From NCBI GenBank assembly GCA_000320545.1, contig ADNK01001569.1:6376-70375 (forward strand): a stretch of 64,000 bases of DNA, read 5' to 3'. Below are positions 38,404 through 53,000 of the stretch, in pieces. The notes under the pieces were generated by a model that was given only the letters and a program-made list of their open reading frames with translations, did no database searches and had not been told where the DNA came from. A program made the translations under genes and the position numbers. This DNA is from Bigelowiella natans CCMP2755. Lineage: Eukaryota; Protista; Cercozoa. How positions within the stretch are numbered: position 1 is the first letter of the stretch; each line of letters starts with the position of its first letter.

Positions 38404-39500
38404 CTAGTATGTGGAAGATTTGATCATCAGGCGATTCTGTCGCTTATTGACCATCTTGATGGCCCATGGAACCCAAAGAAACCAATCCACAAATAACAAC
38501 GCTAGTGGTGCGCACGAATTAAGCAGTGTCAGCAAAGTCATTCGGTGGTTAGTACCATATTTACGGAGAAACTTCCCCAGATAAACTCTAAAACCGATGT
38601 ACACGAATCGGATGTTCAGCGGAGTTCTCAACAGCGTGATGCATGCGAGAACGAGCAACCCCGAAATTTTTTGAAGGGATGGAATCTTGTAATGCCTTCC
38701 AACCTTCCCAAGAGCAAAGCAGGGAGCGATAACTTGCTGTGCAATCATAGCGATCCATGGCCGCTCAAACTTTCCGGTAGCGTGCACGGAGAAAGTCGTG
38801 ATGAATTGCACCAAGTGATGAACCTTAAGAAAACATGCAGACCATTATTTAATTCAGAACTACAACTCTAATCAAATGGGGGCGCTTATGACCACGGCAT
38901 CCCATCCTTGGAAGTAGCATGCATGGATGGTGTCTGCAAGCGAAAGATACACCCAGTACCTATTGGTTGTCCACCATAACAGCAAGAGAGTCAGAATTTT
39001 GATGTAAGTCCATACTTAGCTAGGTGGGGGGAAATACAGGGAGAAAACAATTCTCTCAAGTTGAAGGGAAATATATTGATCGGATTCTAATCATAGGCGT
39101 GAAACCATCATCATACATCTCTTGGCAAACGTATCTGGCGCACACCGTATCAGTCGGCGTACAACTTGCTTATTTGGTGCTTCAGCTTCCGGGTCGCACT
39201 TCTTGCTTTCAAGCAACCCTTTCAAATTACATTTCATGATGCTCGTTAACCCACTTCCGGCTCAATTCTTCATGCTGTTCGTAGAAGAATAAATGAATGA
39301 GAAAGGGGAGATAATAATATACCGGCACTAAGAAGCTCCTTAAGGCAATAAGCTCCAGACACAGCCTCTGAACTTGCAATGATAGCAGTTCGAAGGGAAG
39401 AAGTGTCCAGCCCCATTTCCAATGGATTGGGAAAGGAACTATAACAAATTACCCGGGCGCCATGAATACCCTACCTCATCGATGTTAACGACTGCTGAAA
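38404..39500 (-). CDS. TLC (TRAM/LAG1/CLN8) domain-like membrane protein; 5' end uncertain
   Basis: Spliced YWVYLSLADTIHACYFQGWDAV|VHHLVQF gives the D...HH signature. It is followed by IAQQVIAPCFAL, ACITLLRTPL and a hydrophobic C-terminal helix with W. Confidence 0.55.
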
Positions 39501-39742
39501 AATAGACCATATTTATACCCCAAAACAACCTATTTATATTGTTGGATTATGAAATGAGATCAGCATTAATGCATTTATTTTTCCGATATATGTTTATAAA
39601 TTGACATTTCATGTAGGTAATTCTTAGTATATTTTCTAGTCTGCGATGATGCTGGGCTGAATGCCACAGATGCCCACCAGATATTCACTTTCCTTTTTCC
39701 TGGTGATGTACATGTAGATCATCTACCAGCGGTTCTATTCGT

Positions 39743-41212
39743 ATGTTGCTCATAATTATCATCATAATCCTCTCCCTCGTGGTTGGAACGATCTGCGGGC
39801 TCTCGTGTATCCCTAAGTCCCTTCGCAACATCGTCATCGCTGCAATCCGTTTCTCGAAGAGGGCAATGTGCCCAAAGAAAAAGGTCAGGAGAGCAAAGAC
39901 GCAAACACACCCACACGCCCGAACGCACACACTCGCGTGCAAGCGTGCAAGCGTGCGCCATGCGAAAAACAACACTGATAAATTAAGGAGTATCAAAACA
40001 TCGCATGAAAAACTTGACGTAATCATCAGTCACAGCGGCAGTTCAATTTCAGCAAGATTACAGACCAACTCTACCTCGGAAGACAGCCTCAGTCCCAAAA
40101 GGATCTTCAAACACTTAAAGAGTATTGACTAGTACATTTTGTTATTTATTGAAAATACAGATGAAGACAGAACAGGGTCGAAAAATATCCATCATAGTAA
40201 TGAACTTGTTACGCCTAATGGGCTCCGATGTCATCATCTTCATCATTCAAACTATCCTCCTTATTCACCACATCATTATTTAATTTTAAGAATGGGGATT
40301 ACAGTTGTCGTGTCAATTCTGGAACCTTGGGAATATATCGTTCCTACCCGTCTCTACAATGAGCAATTCAAGTGGTTAGAGTTGGGAGCTCTCGATTTTT
40401 GCGCACCTTCCGACAATGTATTATCACTTCAGCTACAAATCCCTCCATCATTATTATATTTGTGTATGTGTAGTCGTAATTTGCCTTTGACCATGAGACG
40501 ATAGTTCATTTCTTCCACCGTCACGATGATGCGTAGGATCTAAACATTGGAGTGCAATTCCTCAAAAAACAGACTATAGAGTTACATCAAAAGGCCTATG
40601 TCCATTGCAATGCAGGTTTGCTTCAGAAACTACATTGACAAAAGCGGTATTCGTATCATTTCGAAGCCAATCCAGTTTTGTAGTCTCTCTTTTCACGTAT
40701 TTGTTGTATCATCTTGATTTCGTGGTGTTATTGTGGTTATAATCATTCATTCTATGTTTATGAAAAGGCCGAGGTAGGAGTGCAGTGCTGGTTGCTCTTT
40801 ACCTCCGAGACACTATATCCCTATTTGACAATGGAAACCAGAGGCACATGGCTGCGGGGAAAGGAAAAGATAATTCTGAAAACTTTGGCAATAATAATGA
40901 TGATGACGACAACAAGAACACGATAGAGAACGAGAGGAAGAAAGGCACTGTAACACAGATCGTGGCTTACATTAGAGGTTAAGTATTGAAGTATGATTGC
41001 ACAGCGCCATGCTTTTTCTGTGATTTCGGCTATCTATTTGATGACTAATACCTTTTTGTGTTGTTAGTGTCTTATATCGTGAAATAATGGCCTGCATGTG
41101 TGCTTCTTCGATACCACCATTAGAGAAGCGTCCACAGGTGTCGAAATCGCTCACCAATTGGCCATTCAGCTACCAAGCTAGGACGCTATATAGGCTTTTT
41201 TCTCAACCTTGA
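39743..41212 (+). CDS. PTPMT1: PTPMT1-like dual-specificity / phosphatidylglycerophosphate phosphatase with N-terminal hydrophobic anchor
   Basis: Spliced SKITDQLYLGRQP, GITVVVSILEPWE, GALDFCAPS, YVHCNAGRGRSA (P-loop; PTPMT1 has HCKAGRSRSA), YIREKRPQVS. Stop TGA at 41210-41212. Confidence 0.85.
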
Positions 41213-42419
41213 CAACCTAAATGATAACTAGTCTAAAATGCTCTCTATTGATTTCTGAAGTTGACCAAATTTATGATATCTTCCAAACTTTTTATAAAAT
41301 TTGTTCATATATGCACTGTTGTTTTGCGATTGTATTCTATGCTTTATATATTTATATATCCACTTAATTAATTTTGATGATAAAAATACATATACCATAT
41401 GTGCTTGTGCTCCTCATTATATTTTCTTGGGGGCTGAGGGTGAATTACTTGGATAGGAGAAAGGGGGGAAGGCAACATGAGTGTATGCATATTAATCAAT
41501 AATAACTGTTTACGATTAAAAGAGTGAAAAACGACCTGTTCTAGGTTGAAGTAGATATTATTTATTTGTTACGTGTCTGTTTTGAAGGTTTGAATGCTGT
41601 CATTTTTTGAAAATGAGATAGTACGAATTTATGCATGATGCATTTTCTAGTTCCGTTCAAAACGCTATTAGAATTTGCTAGACAGTAGTCCATGCAATCA
41701 TGTTGTGCGCAAGTTAGGGTTCAGCGTTGGCCTTATCCGCACACAAGCAAGTGACAAAGTGTTTGACAAACGCCATGGCTGCAACTAACATGCATGCTGC
41801 TTTTAATTTATTTTGTTGGACATTCTAGCTGCTCTAGTGCTGTTCTATATCATTTTACTGCGTCACGACGACTCTGTGCAACATGATGTGACGCTCATCG
41901 GCGAACAGGCGCCAGCGCGCAAACTCAAGTTGCGCTGCAACGAAATTCAATAAGCATTACATTTGTTAATTTTTCAGCAGCACAACTAGATAATGTTGTG
42001 CGTTTGAAGCCGAACAACAGGTGGTGCCGTAGCTCCATAACTGAACCCCTGGCTTGCGAAGAGGCGCGAGATGCGTTTGCGTACTAGCGTAGCTAGCAGC
42101 AATTACTGATGATAAGAATAGATTACTATTTTAGTTCTAAAACTACTTTCGCTCCAGCATATGGAGGCATTTCAAGTTTTGATGATGATAATTTCAGTCA
42201 CGCAATCGAATGCATGCGAACTCTACAGTGTAATATGCTTGATCCGCTGCTTGCGGCTGCTGTGTCGTCACTACCTATCATCATACGCTATTCCTCCACC
42301 CCGTATCTTATTCTGGCCATCTGACTCATGATCATCACCAACTACACTCTATGGTGTTTGCCTCCCATCACCCTTGCTTAGTTAGATATCGGCTCAAAAC
42401 CAAGACATCCTTATGAATA

Positions 42420-44374
42420 TCACTCGGTTTTCCACACTTTGTTGAGAAACTTCACGACTTCACCGTATAAGGACATAGTGATGCCCACTTCGCAGCACAC
42501 GCGAGTAAGACGAGGAGTTACACCTCTGTAAAGGCCAGCAATTCCTACACGTCACCATTAATGGGAGTATTCAAGTTATTCGTACACGCAGCTACGATAT
42601 TATTGTTCTTCTGTAATATTAAAGGAAACGGTATATCCTCACTTAGAAGCACGTGAATGAATGCACCGATTGGTATAATACTCTGCAAGTTGAAAGTAGT
42701 AGTATCTAACCTTCCTGTGCTAAGATCTTCCGGGTGCAGTCTATAGGCCCCGCATATCTTTGTAGGATGTTAAAACGATGATCAATGATGACAGCGATGA
42801 GGAATGATGATGAGGGGGACTTTCATTCCCTTTCTTATTTTCTCTTCAACCCCCCCCCCCCCCCCCTCCCCATTATCATTCTATCTTATTTACTTGTGCG
42901 ACTCCAGCCCCTGCATGCGGCTCTTCACTACATCAATTCCTTGGAAAATCACAACACTAATTCCCCCAGCGAAGGCCCCTGAGAGAGCTGCTTGCCATGG
43001 TGTTTTCCTATCAAAGGAAAGATGGACGCGGATATCGAAGGTATTATGTTTGTAGTTATAGAATTATTGTGAGTCAAAGAAAAGAGAAATGCACTAAATT
43101 ACTTTACTCCCCTCCTCCTCCTCCTCCTCCGGCGCTCTCTTTCCTACTACGTGACTACTCGTAACCCTCTACACTACTGCTACCTGTACTCATGGGGAAT
43201 AGCATTAAAAACTCCGAATCTCGTCGCCTGATCAAGGGAGAGAAAGGAAGAAAGACAGAGGAGCATCTCGTTTTTCATGTTTAGGCTTTTGTAGGGTGAT
43301 TGCCGCATGTAAGCGATGTATAACTAACCTGAGCAGTAGAGACTTTGAGGATGGTGGGCATAAGGCCCTTGTATGCTTCCATGACTCCTTCCTGTTTGAT
43401 AATTGTGGATACTCCATGAAAGAATCCCTTGTATCTCGGAGGATCGCGGAAGAATTGGTCATGGATTAGCTTAACTTTCAGTGTCTGTAATGGTAGTTAC
43501 AGCTTCCGTCAGTTGGAGAAAAGAAGTTTCTCTGTCTGTTATTTCTGCCTTATAAAATCAATTTTCGGTACCCCCCTGCCACTTCTTTTACCCCTTCAAA
43601 CACTAATAGCAACGTTAGATCCTAACAGCAGCATTGCAAAGACTATCACCACGCCATACCTCTTGGGGCGTTGTGACAAAAATCGCCTCCATTGTTCCAG
43701 CTCCAAGGCCGGCGACGAAGCCCTTTGCCTTCCCCAGTCCATACTTATCCTTTCCATCCTTATCTAAGAGCATACCCGATACAGTTTCGAAGGACCCAAA
43801 TCGAATCGCAGCCTTTGGTGTCTGAAGAAAACCAGTAGCATAAAAAGAAGGAATGGGACTTAAATGTTTACACATACACAACAAAGACGTAGCGTACAGG
43901 CTAGGATACTCCTCTTCATCAAAGGTAGTAGTATTAGTAGTAGTGTAGTAGTAGTAGTAGTAGCAGTAGTAATATTAATAGACTTGGAATCAATTTCGAA
44001 AAAAATTACCGCAAAATACAGCATCGAGCTGAGGCCACGGTACATACCGCCAACTCCATAGTTTTTGATCGTGCGGTTCACGACCCCTCCCATGCTGAGT
44101 CTTTCTGTTGACAGCTGTTGAAAGGTCTTCGTATACTCTATTGGGTACCTGGGTACAGAACGATATGTTAGTAAAATGAGCTTCAGCATCATAAAATAAC
44201 AGGCGACGAAAGTCGTGGTTCAGTCTTTCACCCCCCCTCTCATGATTCTCAGAACGATAGATGGATCATAACATAAAACACGCACGTGCAGCAGATCTCG
44301 ATGGCTCCAGAGAGTCCTCCAGCAACCAGAGCTTTGCCCTTGTGCTTAGGCTTCAAATGCTTTGGGGGTCCCAT
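42420..44374 (-). CDS. CTP1: Mitochondrial tricarboxylate (citrate) carrier, SLC25A1/CTP1-like
   Basis: KALVAGGLSGAIEICCTYPIEYTKT, TPKAAIRF, AGLGAGTMEAIFVTTPQETLKVKLIHD, GIDVVKSRMQGLE, LYRGVTPRLTRV: three carrier repeats with citrate-carrier-like residues. Stop TGA at 42420-42422. Confidence 0.92.
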
Positions 44375-44732
44375 GATTATTTATTCTTCAAATGTGGGCT
44401 GTCGACTAGGAGGAGGGCGCTCGCTGCAAGATCCAACTACGGAGATTTCAGCCATAACCCAAGGATCCGAACTCATACGTTTTTAAAGAAAGGCCTACGT
44501 TCTTCCGGAAAAGGCGATCGTAAATTCAATAACATCGGTTATAAGGCGACGTAGGACGGTACCGAGCCAAAGCGACTCGAAAGCATAGACATGGGTCCTT
44601 TTTCCTTTCTGCGACAATAAATTTATCCTTTTATTGGAGCACAATCAAGGGCGTTCATGCCTCGTATTAAAAAAACGAAGGAAGGAACAAAGGACAGGGG
44701 CATAACCCGATCCGAACGACTACGACGAGATA
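44375..44732. promoter_or_regulatory. Putative short bidirectional promoter (citrate carrier / DUF924)
   Basis: Divergent start codons about 360 bp apart; geometry only. Confidence 0.45.
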
Positions 44733-45763
44733 ATGGAAGTACTTCCGCTCCTCCTCATCCCGGTAGTGCGCTCATTCAAGATGAGGCCTCGCTTCCATGC
44801 AATTAGCAATAGCCGCCATGCCATTCCGCTTTGGAGCGGAAGAGGTACGGGCTCATTGGTCAACTTCCGTCCTGGAAGAAGGCGACAGGCTATCCATACT
44901 CATGCTTTGTCTCGTAAGAGGGTCCTCGTCTGGTACTTACAAGAACCCTCGCACAGATTGTTAACGATGATAATGATCACACTGCTACTACTACGTATGA
45001 TGAGCTGACATAATAATCAATTGATCCGAAGTTGCGTAAAACATCGTATATCTGGAGAAAATGAGTGAAAACGATTCTCGAATAGGATGGTGGATGGGAG
45101 GAGATCTATAATGGGTGCGCATGGCGGCGGTGCAAGTAGCAAAATGAGAAAATCAGTAGCAGCAGCAGCAGTAGCAGCAGCAGCAGCAACTGTTCGCGAG
45201 TCATCGTGGAGATCTAACGAAGATATCACTCGGGTGCTCAAATTTTGGTTTGGCCCGGAATATTTGGTAGTTGTAAACTAATTCATGATATAAAACACAA
45301 GTTTCTCTCAAGCCATTTAAATGGATATCTTCAGCCTTATGCGTTCCCTGCTACATTAAAATTCTGTAGGAAAGGGACCAAGCCTTGCAAACAAAGAGTT
45401 ACATGGAGGTACATTAGTTTTCTTCATTCTTCACAATTCACAATTTATCACATCATATATCACTACTTGAAATTGGATGAAAGGAGCGCGGTAATAGCCT
45501 ATGGTGGGCTGGAGGGGTGGAAATTGATAAAAAATGCAAAAAGTTTCAGGATCTGATCGAAGCCACTAGTGAAGATGAAGATGATAGTAAAGGCCATCAT
45601 GATTCGTCTTGGCATACTCCCGAAGGGTGATATAGCACAACTATGCATTCTCTACGATTTGAATATTCCCAGCACAATAAGTGATCAGTCAATTTATTGT
45701 TGTTGTGAAGCTTCGAACGAACAACTCAAAATTCGATAATGCATATGTATATATGTCTATGTA

Positions 45764-45803
<40 letters not shown>

Positions 45804-46741
45804 TTCTCCTGTAAGTCTGCTTGCGCGGATCATCCTATTGGACCAGTTATCAAGAAATGCCTTCCGTGGGGATTCACGTGCCTTCAAGGTAACCCCCTCC
45901 CTCTTTTCTCTCTCTACTCTCCAAAAGATCGTCATTTTCGTATGACACCCTCTTAATCTTCCGATAGTAGCTTCTTTACCTTAATTTAATGGTAGTGTTT
46001 GGATGGGGAGATGCGGGAGATTTGGTAGGGGTGTAATAGAAAATAGTAGATAATATAAATTCTAAGAAAGTATCAATAATAGCGAGAAGAAGGAAATAAC
46101 CTTTTTGTGATCATTCTGGGATAACGTTCCGCACTCATTATTCACTCATTGCAGTATGATGATCAAGCGGTGAGAGTATGCTTGGAAGCGTTTGATAAGG
46201 GTTTCATGGATGAGTATTCCCTTCCAGAACTCCAAGTGAGGAGATAATACATGTATAACGAACTTCTCAGAGTGACAGACGATAATGAATTGGGCAATTT
46301 CCAAAGAAGATATTGCAGTGAGCCTTTTTTGGATAATTCTTTCAGTTTGCGGTGATGCCCTTAATGCACTCGGAGAATATTGAACATCACGATTTACTCC
46401 AAAGAATACTCACTGCGCAGAGAGAGAGGATGAATGAAGACCTCAAGGTTCTGCTGACATTGGAATTTTGAGGTGTTTCATAAATGTATGCCTGAATTTT
46501 AGGGTGTAGTGGACTTCACTCTTGACTTCGCCAGATCTCATACCGATGTGCTTAAACAGTTTGGTAGATATCCACACAGGTCAGTACCATGATTCTTGAT
46601 ATTCAGTCTAAAATAACTAATTGTACCTAAACTTGGAAACCTTCGAAACTTAGAAATGGTGTCAAGAATCGAACTTCCACTGTCGAAGAACTTTCATGGC
46701 TTCAAGGGGAGAATGTTCCAGGATGGGCTAGAAGTCAATGA
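44733..46741 (+). CDS. DUF924 family protein with N-terminal extension (possible organelle presequence)
   Basis: RVLKFWFG, LWWAGGVEIDKKC, LLARIILLDQLSRNAFRGDSRAF, FAVMPLMHSE, FARSHTDVLKQFGRYPHRN are DUF924 hallmark motifs. Stop TGA at 46739-46741. The start at 44733 is joined by a plausible in-phase intron (about 44935-45085). Confidence 0.9.
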
Positions 46742-46819
46742 TGAATTAATTAAGAATCTTTAATAGATAAATATTATGTTATCCGTATTTGTATAAAACT
46801 GATGTTGAAAATCCTTCGT

Positions 46820-47110
46820 ATACATCTAGCTAGCTAGACATCCTTAGTCAGTGAATGTCATTCCATTAGCGCGCCATTCGCTTGCATTTCGATTCTATCT
46901 CAGGACAGCTAGCTAGCTAGCACATGTGCAGATGAGCATAATAAATACCGTGCTAATTTAGTAATAATAAACATTTGAGCTACAGCACAGCCTAGACAGC
47001 TCATGTCATGCGGTTTTAAGCATGCAACTAGATGTGCCAGTGCCAGTGTGCACAGAACGCAAAAAAGTGATCAATGAATGTGGCAACTGCAAGCTAGCAA
47101 GTCTAGAAGT
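46820..47110. repeat. Shorter palindromic-word tract downstream of DUF924 (tandem junction)
   Basis: CTAGCTAGCTAG at 46826-46837 and 46909-46920. Confidence 0.65.
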
Positions 47111-47501
47111 GTGCATTGATGCCAAACTTGAACAAAGGTAACTCAGATGCCAATGAGTCATTGCAAGCAGTTCACAAAATTCCTGTGCTGAGGTAAGCAA
47201 AAACCTCTGCCATTAGAGCTGTGAGTAGCCTTCTCAAGAAAGCGATTGTTGGCCTACGAAGCATAAGATATGAGTTATCAATTTTTCAATAGGGAAGCGT
47301 GTTTGTAATTACCTCTAAGGGGACAATTGAGGTATCCTTTTAAATATTTAAATCCAAACGAAGTTCCAAAAATCAAAATGCACTTATCAGGCATGTGCAA
47401 GGGATGTCCAGCCACCAGCACAAGTTCTTAATGTAGTTCCATATTAGCTAACATATAAATTAAAAGGTTTGTGGTTAGAAGTTCAATTGTGTCAGTCATA
47501 C

Positions 47502-47663
47502 ATGAAAGAAGCTTTTGTAAAGCAATCCAACCATTCAAGTACCTCAGGTACCGATTAATCCTAATAATTGATTTACCTCATTTCGAAAGTCTATGTTTTA
47601 CCTCAGTAAAATGGGGCTCAATTTCTCGCCTGCCTTGTGTTGTGGTAGTTCATATTTAAGATT

Positions 47664-47698
<35 letters not shown>

Positions 47699-49948
47699 TA
47701 TATATATACCCCAATATTCTTAATTTGTAGTTTGAATTACTTTTCCCCTCAAACGACAAAAGATTCGTGCAAGTAGAACTTCACGAGGCCGATTGGATGT
47801 TTATTACGACGGTTTAAAACTTTATCTAACTTTTATTTCAACCAATCTTTAAATAAAATACTTTTTCCATATTTACTTAAGGCGCAATTCAAACATACGG
47901 TCATGACAAAGAAGGACTTCCACCACAAGGAGTAGCATGGGTAGAGACAGGGAAAGAATATGCCTAACTTCGTAGTGTATTTGCACATTTATGACATACC
48001 TGTTTTTGGATATGTAAGAACGACACATTTCTCCCAATGCACGAAGAGGCCTTTGCTCCACTCGTTCCAGGAAAATTTCTGAATGGGTGCATGAGATCCA
48101 AGACTCTCCTCGAAATATATACCATCCATTAGAAGAAGTAATTATATCTCGTCATATTCGGACAGATGGCATCCCTACAAATTGGATGTTGAAATTATCC
48201 AAAGACAGTGCATGGCACGTGAGCATATTCAGGTAATCACGAGGGACATATGATATATTTTAATCGATATAAAGTCTAAATTTGTTTTGCAAACAGATGT
48301 CCCTATTCACTGTCTTCGGCGATATTTGTTCGGGTACTTTGTACTTTTAAATGAGGAAAATTATGCTAATCGATATAATAAATAATAGGAATGGATGATG
48401 TAGTCCTTCGCTACGCGACAGCAGTAAAAACAAGATACGATGCAGTTATGACTCGTTGGTCAAACAAACTTGTTCTTTTTTGAAAATGAAGTATCTGTGT
48501 AGGTTCTTGTTATGCCTGGAAGTTCTGTTCAAGCTGTGAAAGTAACTGATAGTATTCCAAAGGGAACCCAGTATATTACTCAGCAGTTTTTTTTCTAGAA
48601 TCACTTGATCGATCTGGCATATTCTCTTCGAATGTGGAAGGATATTACCACATTACCATCTCATAGACAACGATTGAGGTTGGAGAACATATACGTAGCA
48701 AATTATGAATGAAGCTCGCCTGCTTCTAATAACATCTCTGGGGAAGCTTTGAACCCTGTTGTTTTAGGTTATTTTATGAGGAGCTACTTGTCCACTATCC
48801 AAAGGTGTTGATTGTTGTTCTTTCTCTTAATCGCACAATCGAGCCTCTGGAAGCTATAGCACCTCCGGTGATAACAAATAGTAGTACCTAGTGCTCAGAG
48901 TCAGTATTATTGACTAGCCGTTAATTTTGTAATATTTCCACATCTGCAAGGGTGAAGTGCCCCCCGATTGCTTCGTGCACATCGTAGTATCATCAAGTAT
49001 CCCTCTTCATCCAGGTATATTTCATTTTACTAGAATAAAGTAAGAGTATCTATATTGATTGCATATTTGCCACTAACATTCAGACATGTTACCACTGATA
49101 GCAAGGATTGGGGAACATACGATTACTGTAAACGTTCTATTTGCTAAATGAAAGACTCAAACTAATAATAAACAATAATAGGGTTATCGTCCGGCACAAT
49201 CTATGAGGGTTAGTATAAGTTTCATAACAATATCACGACTGTATGCGTCTAACCCCTAACTTTAAGCATGAAATGCTTCAGATTTTGAGAGAGTTGCCGT
49301 ACGACTTCAAAAAGGTATATGGTTCGGACTTACTAATCAATGATAAAATGGTTGATATTGTCTATGTACGTTTTTGTAAGGATGATGTATTTATTGCATT
49401 CGATGCAAAGCGCAAAGAAAACCCGCCCCCAAATCACGAGTAAAATCCAGCGCTTTAGTGTTGTACAGAGTCTTATTAAAGTTTCCAAAAATACAGGATA
49501 GTAGTTGAAAAACTCAGCGTACTATTGGAAGGTGATTTTCCGTGAGAATCCAAGATTTCCACGATTAAATATAAATATTCACTATGTGCTCAGGAAATGC
49601 TGTGGCAATGCATATAGCTTGTAACTTTGTCTCCACCGGTGCAGACAAAGGAAATATCACAATATTTGAGTAAGCTTCGCAATTAATTTCTATACGACAC
49701 CAATTTCCTTACGTTCTACTGCTTTCTAGGTATGTTCAAAATCTTGAAGATTCTATAAACCGTTTGGAGGCTGCCAGAAAGGTTCTATTTTTTTTTCGGT
49801 TTCATTTATTAATAAAAAAACTATTTAACTGATTATTTGCTGCTTCCATTCATAAATTATGGTATCTGAAGGATTCTCAACCTCTTTCGCCTGTGTTCAT
49901 CGTCGTAGCAGATGCGGTAAATACTTCGATGCATTAAGTACATTGCAC

Positions 49949-50002
<54 letters not shown>

Positions 50003-53000
50003 TTGCATATTGATTCCTCCCCCTCGATATGAAGGTTCGAGCAATAAGCCGCCATCGTGCCCCGACCCTGATTCTTTCAATTATGGCGTAAAGCAATATT
50101 TTCTTGTTAAGTTACGAGGACATATCATTGATTATGTTCAATTTTCAGATATGTTGATCCAAGCGGCATCGAGGTATCTAAGAACAAAAGCATTTTCAGC
50201 TAGCCTTGACACACTAATACAATTCACAAACTATGGTTGCTAAGAAAAATACAAATTTTATAAGATTCAGTTACTAGCGTTGCTGATGAATTCTGTGGAC
50301 ACCCATCTGAGGAATAAGTGATATAAACCGTAAATACAGAAATGTAGTTTTAGATCAAATGAATCAACTTTTGAAGGTTCACACCAGCGCTCGAGTTCCT
50401 TCTTTCAGTGGGTCTCATCTCGAAGTCGGCAAATCTGAACAGCGTAAGAGCATAAATTTAAAATGCGATTTAGTCTGAAATAGCTTCTAATTATCTACTA
50501 ATTCTTATATATATACTTCTACTCCTACATTTTCAACAGGTCATTATTCATACCGAGGTACAAATGGTCTTGCGCGCACTTCTAGTAGCGGAACGAAGGT
50601 AAAGTCCTACATCATATCCACAACAGCACTCATTTTATAAATAAATAGATATCAAGGGAATGAAGGTGGGACAGCTTCAAATGCAGAAGCAACTGTGTTT
50701 GAACACACCGGGGACATTTTGGGTGCACTCATAAAGGTTTCAAGTTCAGGTGATTCATTCTCGTACTCTAAAGCAAGTTATGATAGGTATTCGCTCGGCT
50801 GTTCAAATATATTCCGGGAGACGTACGTGCAGATAGGAGAGACAGAATTGGTTCGCAATCAATACCTTTAACTAATGGTCCAACCGTATAAATATACATC
50901 TAAATGCTAGTATTGAAAACAACCCAAGAGCTCCAACATTATCATTTAGAATATAAAATTTGAGGAAAATCTGATATATTCCTTAGCTCATCTTCACGTA
51001 GAATCCGTTTGCCTTCATGCAATTCAAGTAAAGAGCGAAATACAATTTATTTCCTATTATTAACAATAGTAACCTAATATTCACCTGCCAGGCTTCTTCT
51101 CGGCTACCCAGAAACATAAGAGAGAGGTACATATCTTTTTAAAAAAAGCATCAGAAAAATATTTCTACGTTTTTATTTAATTTAGTTCGTTAATTCTGAT
51201 CTGTCGAGCGATTGAGTTCACCAATAATATATTGAGACAAAGGTAATAGAAATTTATTGCTAAGATACCTTGTGGCATGCATATATATTAATTTTCGAGT
51301 TTTTATAATTTTAATTCTAATGTTTTACCTTATCGTTGTTTTAAAGAGAAGAGGCTAGGAAGCTTGCTGTAGAGATCAACCGATACTCGGAGAACCAAGT
51401 CATATTCAAAGAAGGTGACTAGTAGATATTTTTAAAAACTGTACTTGTCTTAATTACTTATCTAAAATGTGCCGATGGAATTTACCGCTGCCTATCTGCA
51501 TGAAGCGAGTGTGATTAGGAAAGAGGGAAAGCAAGGTATGTGTCAATATTTCTTGGATTGCATTTTTGCTGTGTCTTCGATTTCCCACGCATAAACCCTG
51601 ATTTCCACTATCAGATGAATATTTGCCGGAGGTTAACAATAGAGTTGGTATTATCACACAAAGTCACTGGGAAATAGAGCAATAAATGCAAAATGTTTCA
51701 CAATGTTACAGGTGTATTGGTGCGAATGCATTGCGAACTTACGTTGGCCAGGTGGTGCTTATAGTGTCTCACATTCGACCTGTATATTAATACAACATAC
51801 CAATACTTATAGATGTGACTTAGCGCTCGGACACACATCTAAGGCAATAGAAGGGTATTCTTTATCTATCGAGGATCCATATACGAAAAACTTAATGAAT
51901 TTGTTATATAAACATTACTTTTTCCAAGATTTCAGACTATTATAACCGGTTTGGAGAAGGCGAAGTCTGTTGCAGTTGAACAGGTCTAACCTTTATTTAG
52001 CGTAAAATCACATGTGGTTTGTAAACTTTTCGTAGAAATGGTGTTATGCACATTTGTCACGTGTTATTTTCATTAGGCTGGCTTCAACAACAGGGAACAC
52101 AAGAATTCTATACCCCCTCAAAGTATGATGTTAATAACTAATTGTGATCATTCCCGATTCATAGTTCATTGGCCTTCAGGTGGGATACTTTCTTCAATGT
52201 CAACAACTGAAATGGGCACATCGGGTTCAAACATCTATCTAAACCCCTGAATAAATGCTGGTGAAATGAAACATATGATAAATTTAGGTCTAACTAAAGG
52301 AACTGGAAGATCAGGAAGACATACAGATGTAAATTTCTTGATAACCTATCATTATACATGTGGTGATTCCTATGATTGGACTAGGGTACGACAGGGACTC
52401 AAACGTTCAGTGATAAGAAAACCTACAAAGGTGGTACACGATCTTGGAAGATAATTTTTGATAAGGACATTTTTAAAAATTAACTTAGAACTCAAACGGA
52501 TGAGGAGTGCTGATCCTGCCGGTATTACTCTATTCAAAGCTTAAATACCCTCTTTCACAATTGATATCTTTTTGGAATTCTTAGCGGTCTCTAATCCCGA
52601 TCTACCCGGTTCTGCTACATCTCTTAAATAAGAGATATTAAAAGGTTTTATTTCCTTTAAGAGAATGATTATATGTCAACTCATATTATTCAAACAATTA
52701 GCTACGATAACCTAAAGCAAAGTGATGGAGGTACAATCAAACTATCGAATAAAAAATTGGATTTATTCAATGTGAAATGTTGTACAAATTTCTAAGGTTT
52801 CACTCAACTCACAACGTCCGGTAAAATATCAAGAAAGAGAATCAGATTACGAGTGTTAATGCGATGCTATCTTGCATTGGATTTGGAAACAGGGATCGAA
52901 AGCAATCCTACAGGCTCAATGTCAGACATCCCGAAACATGGTGTGGTGGAGGTACAGGCCTATCGTATTACGAATTTCAAAGAGTTTAATGATGCACAAA

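Noticed and set aside
52865-52970. YLALDLETG...VVEVQAYRI resembling a DEDD exonuclease motif I
   Set aside because: It lacks the second Thr and I found no downstream ExoII/III acidic motifs. The surrounding FSGN and YVSLRI fit a jelly-roll domain better.
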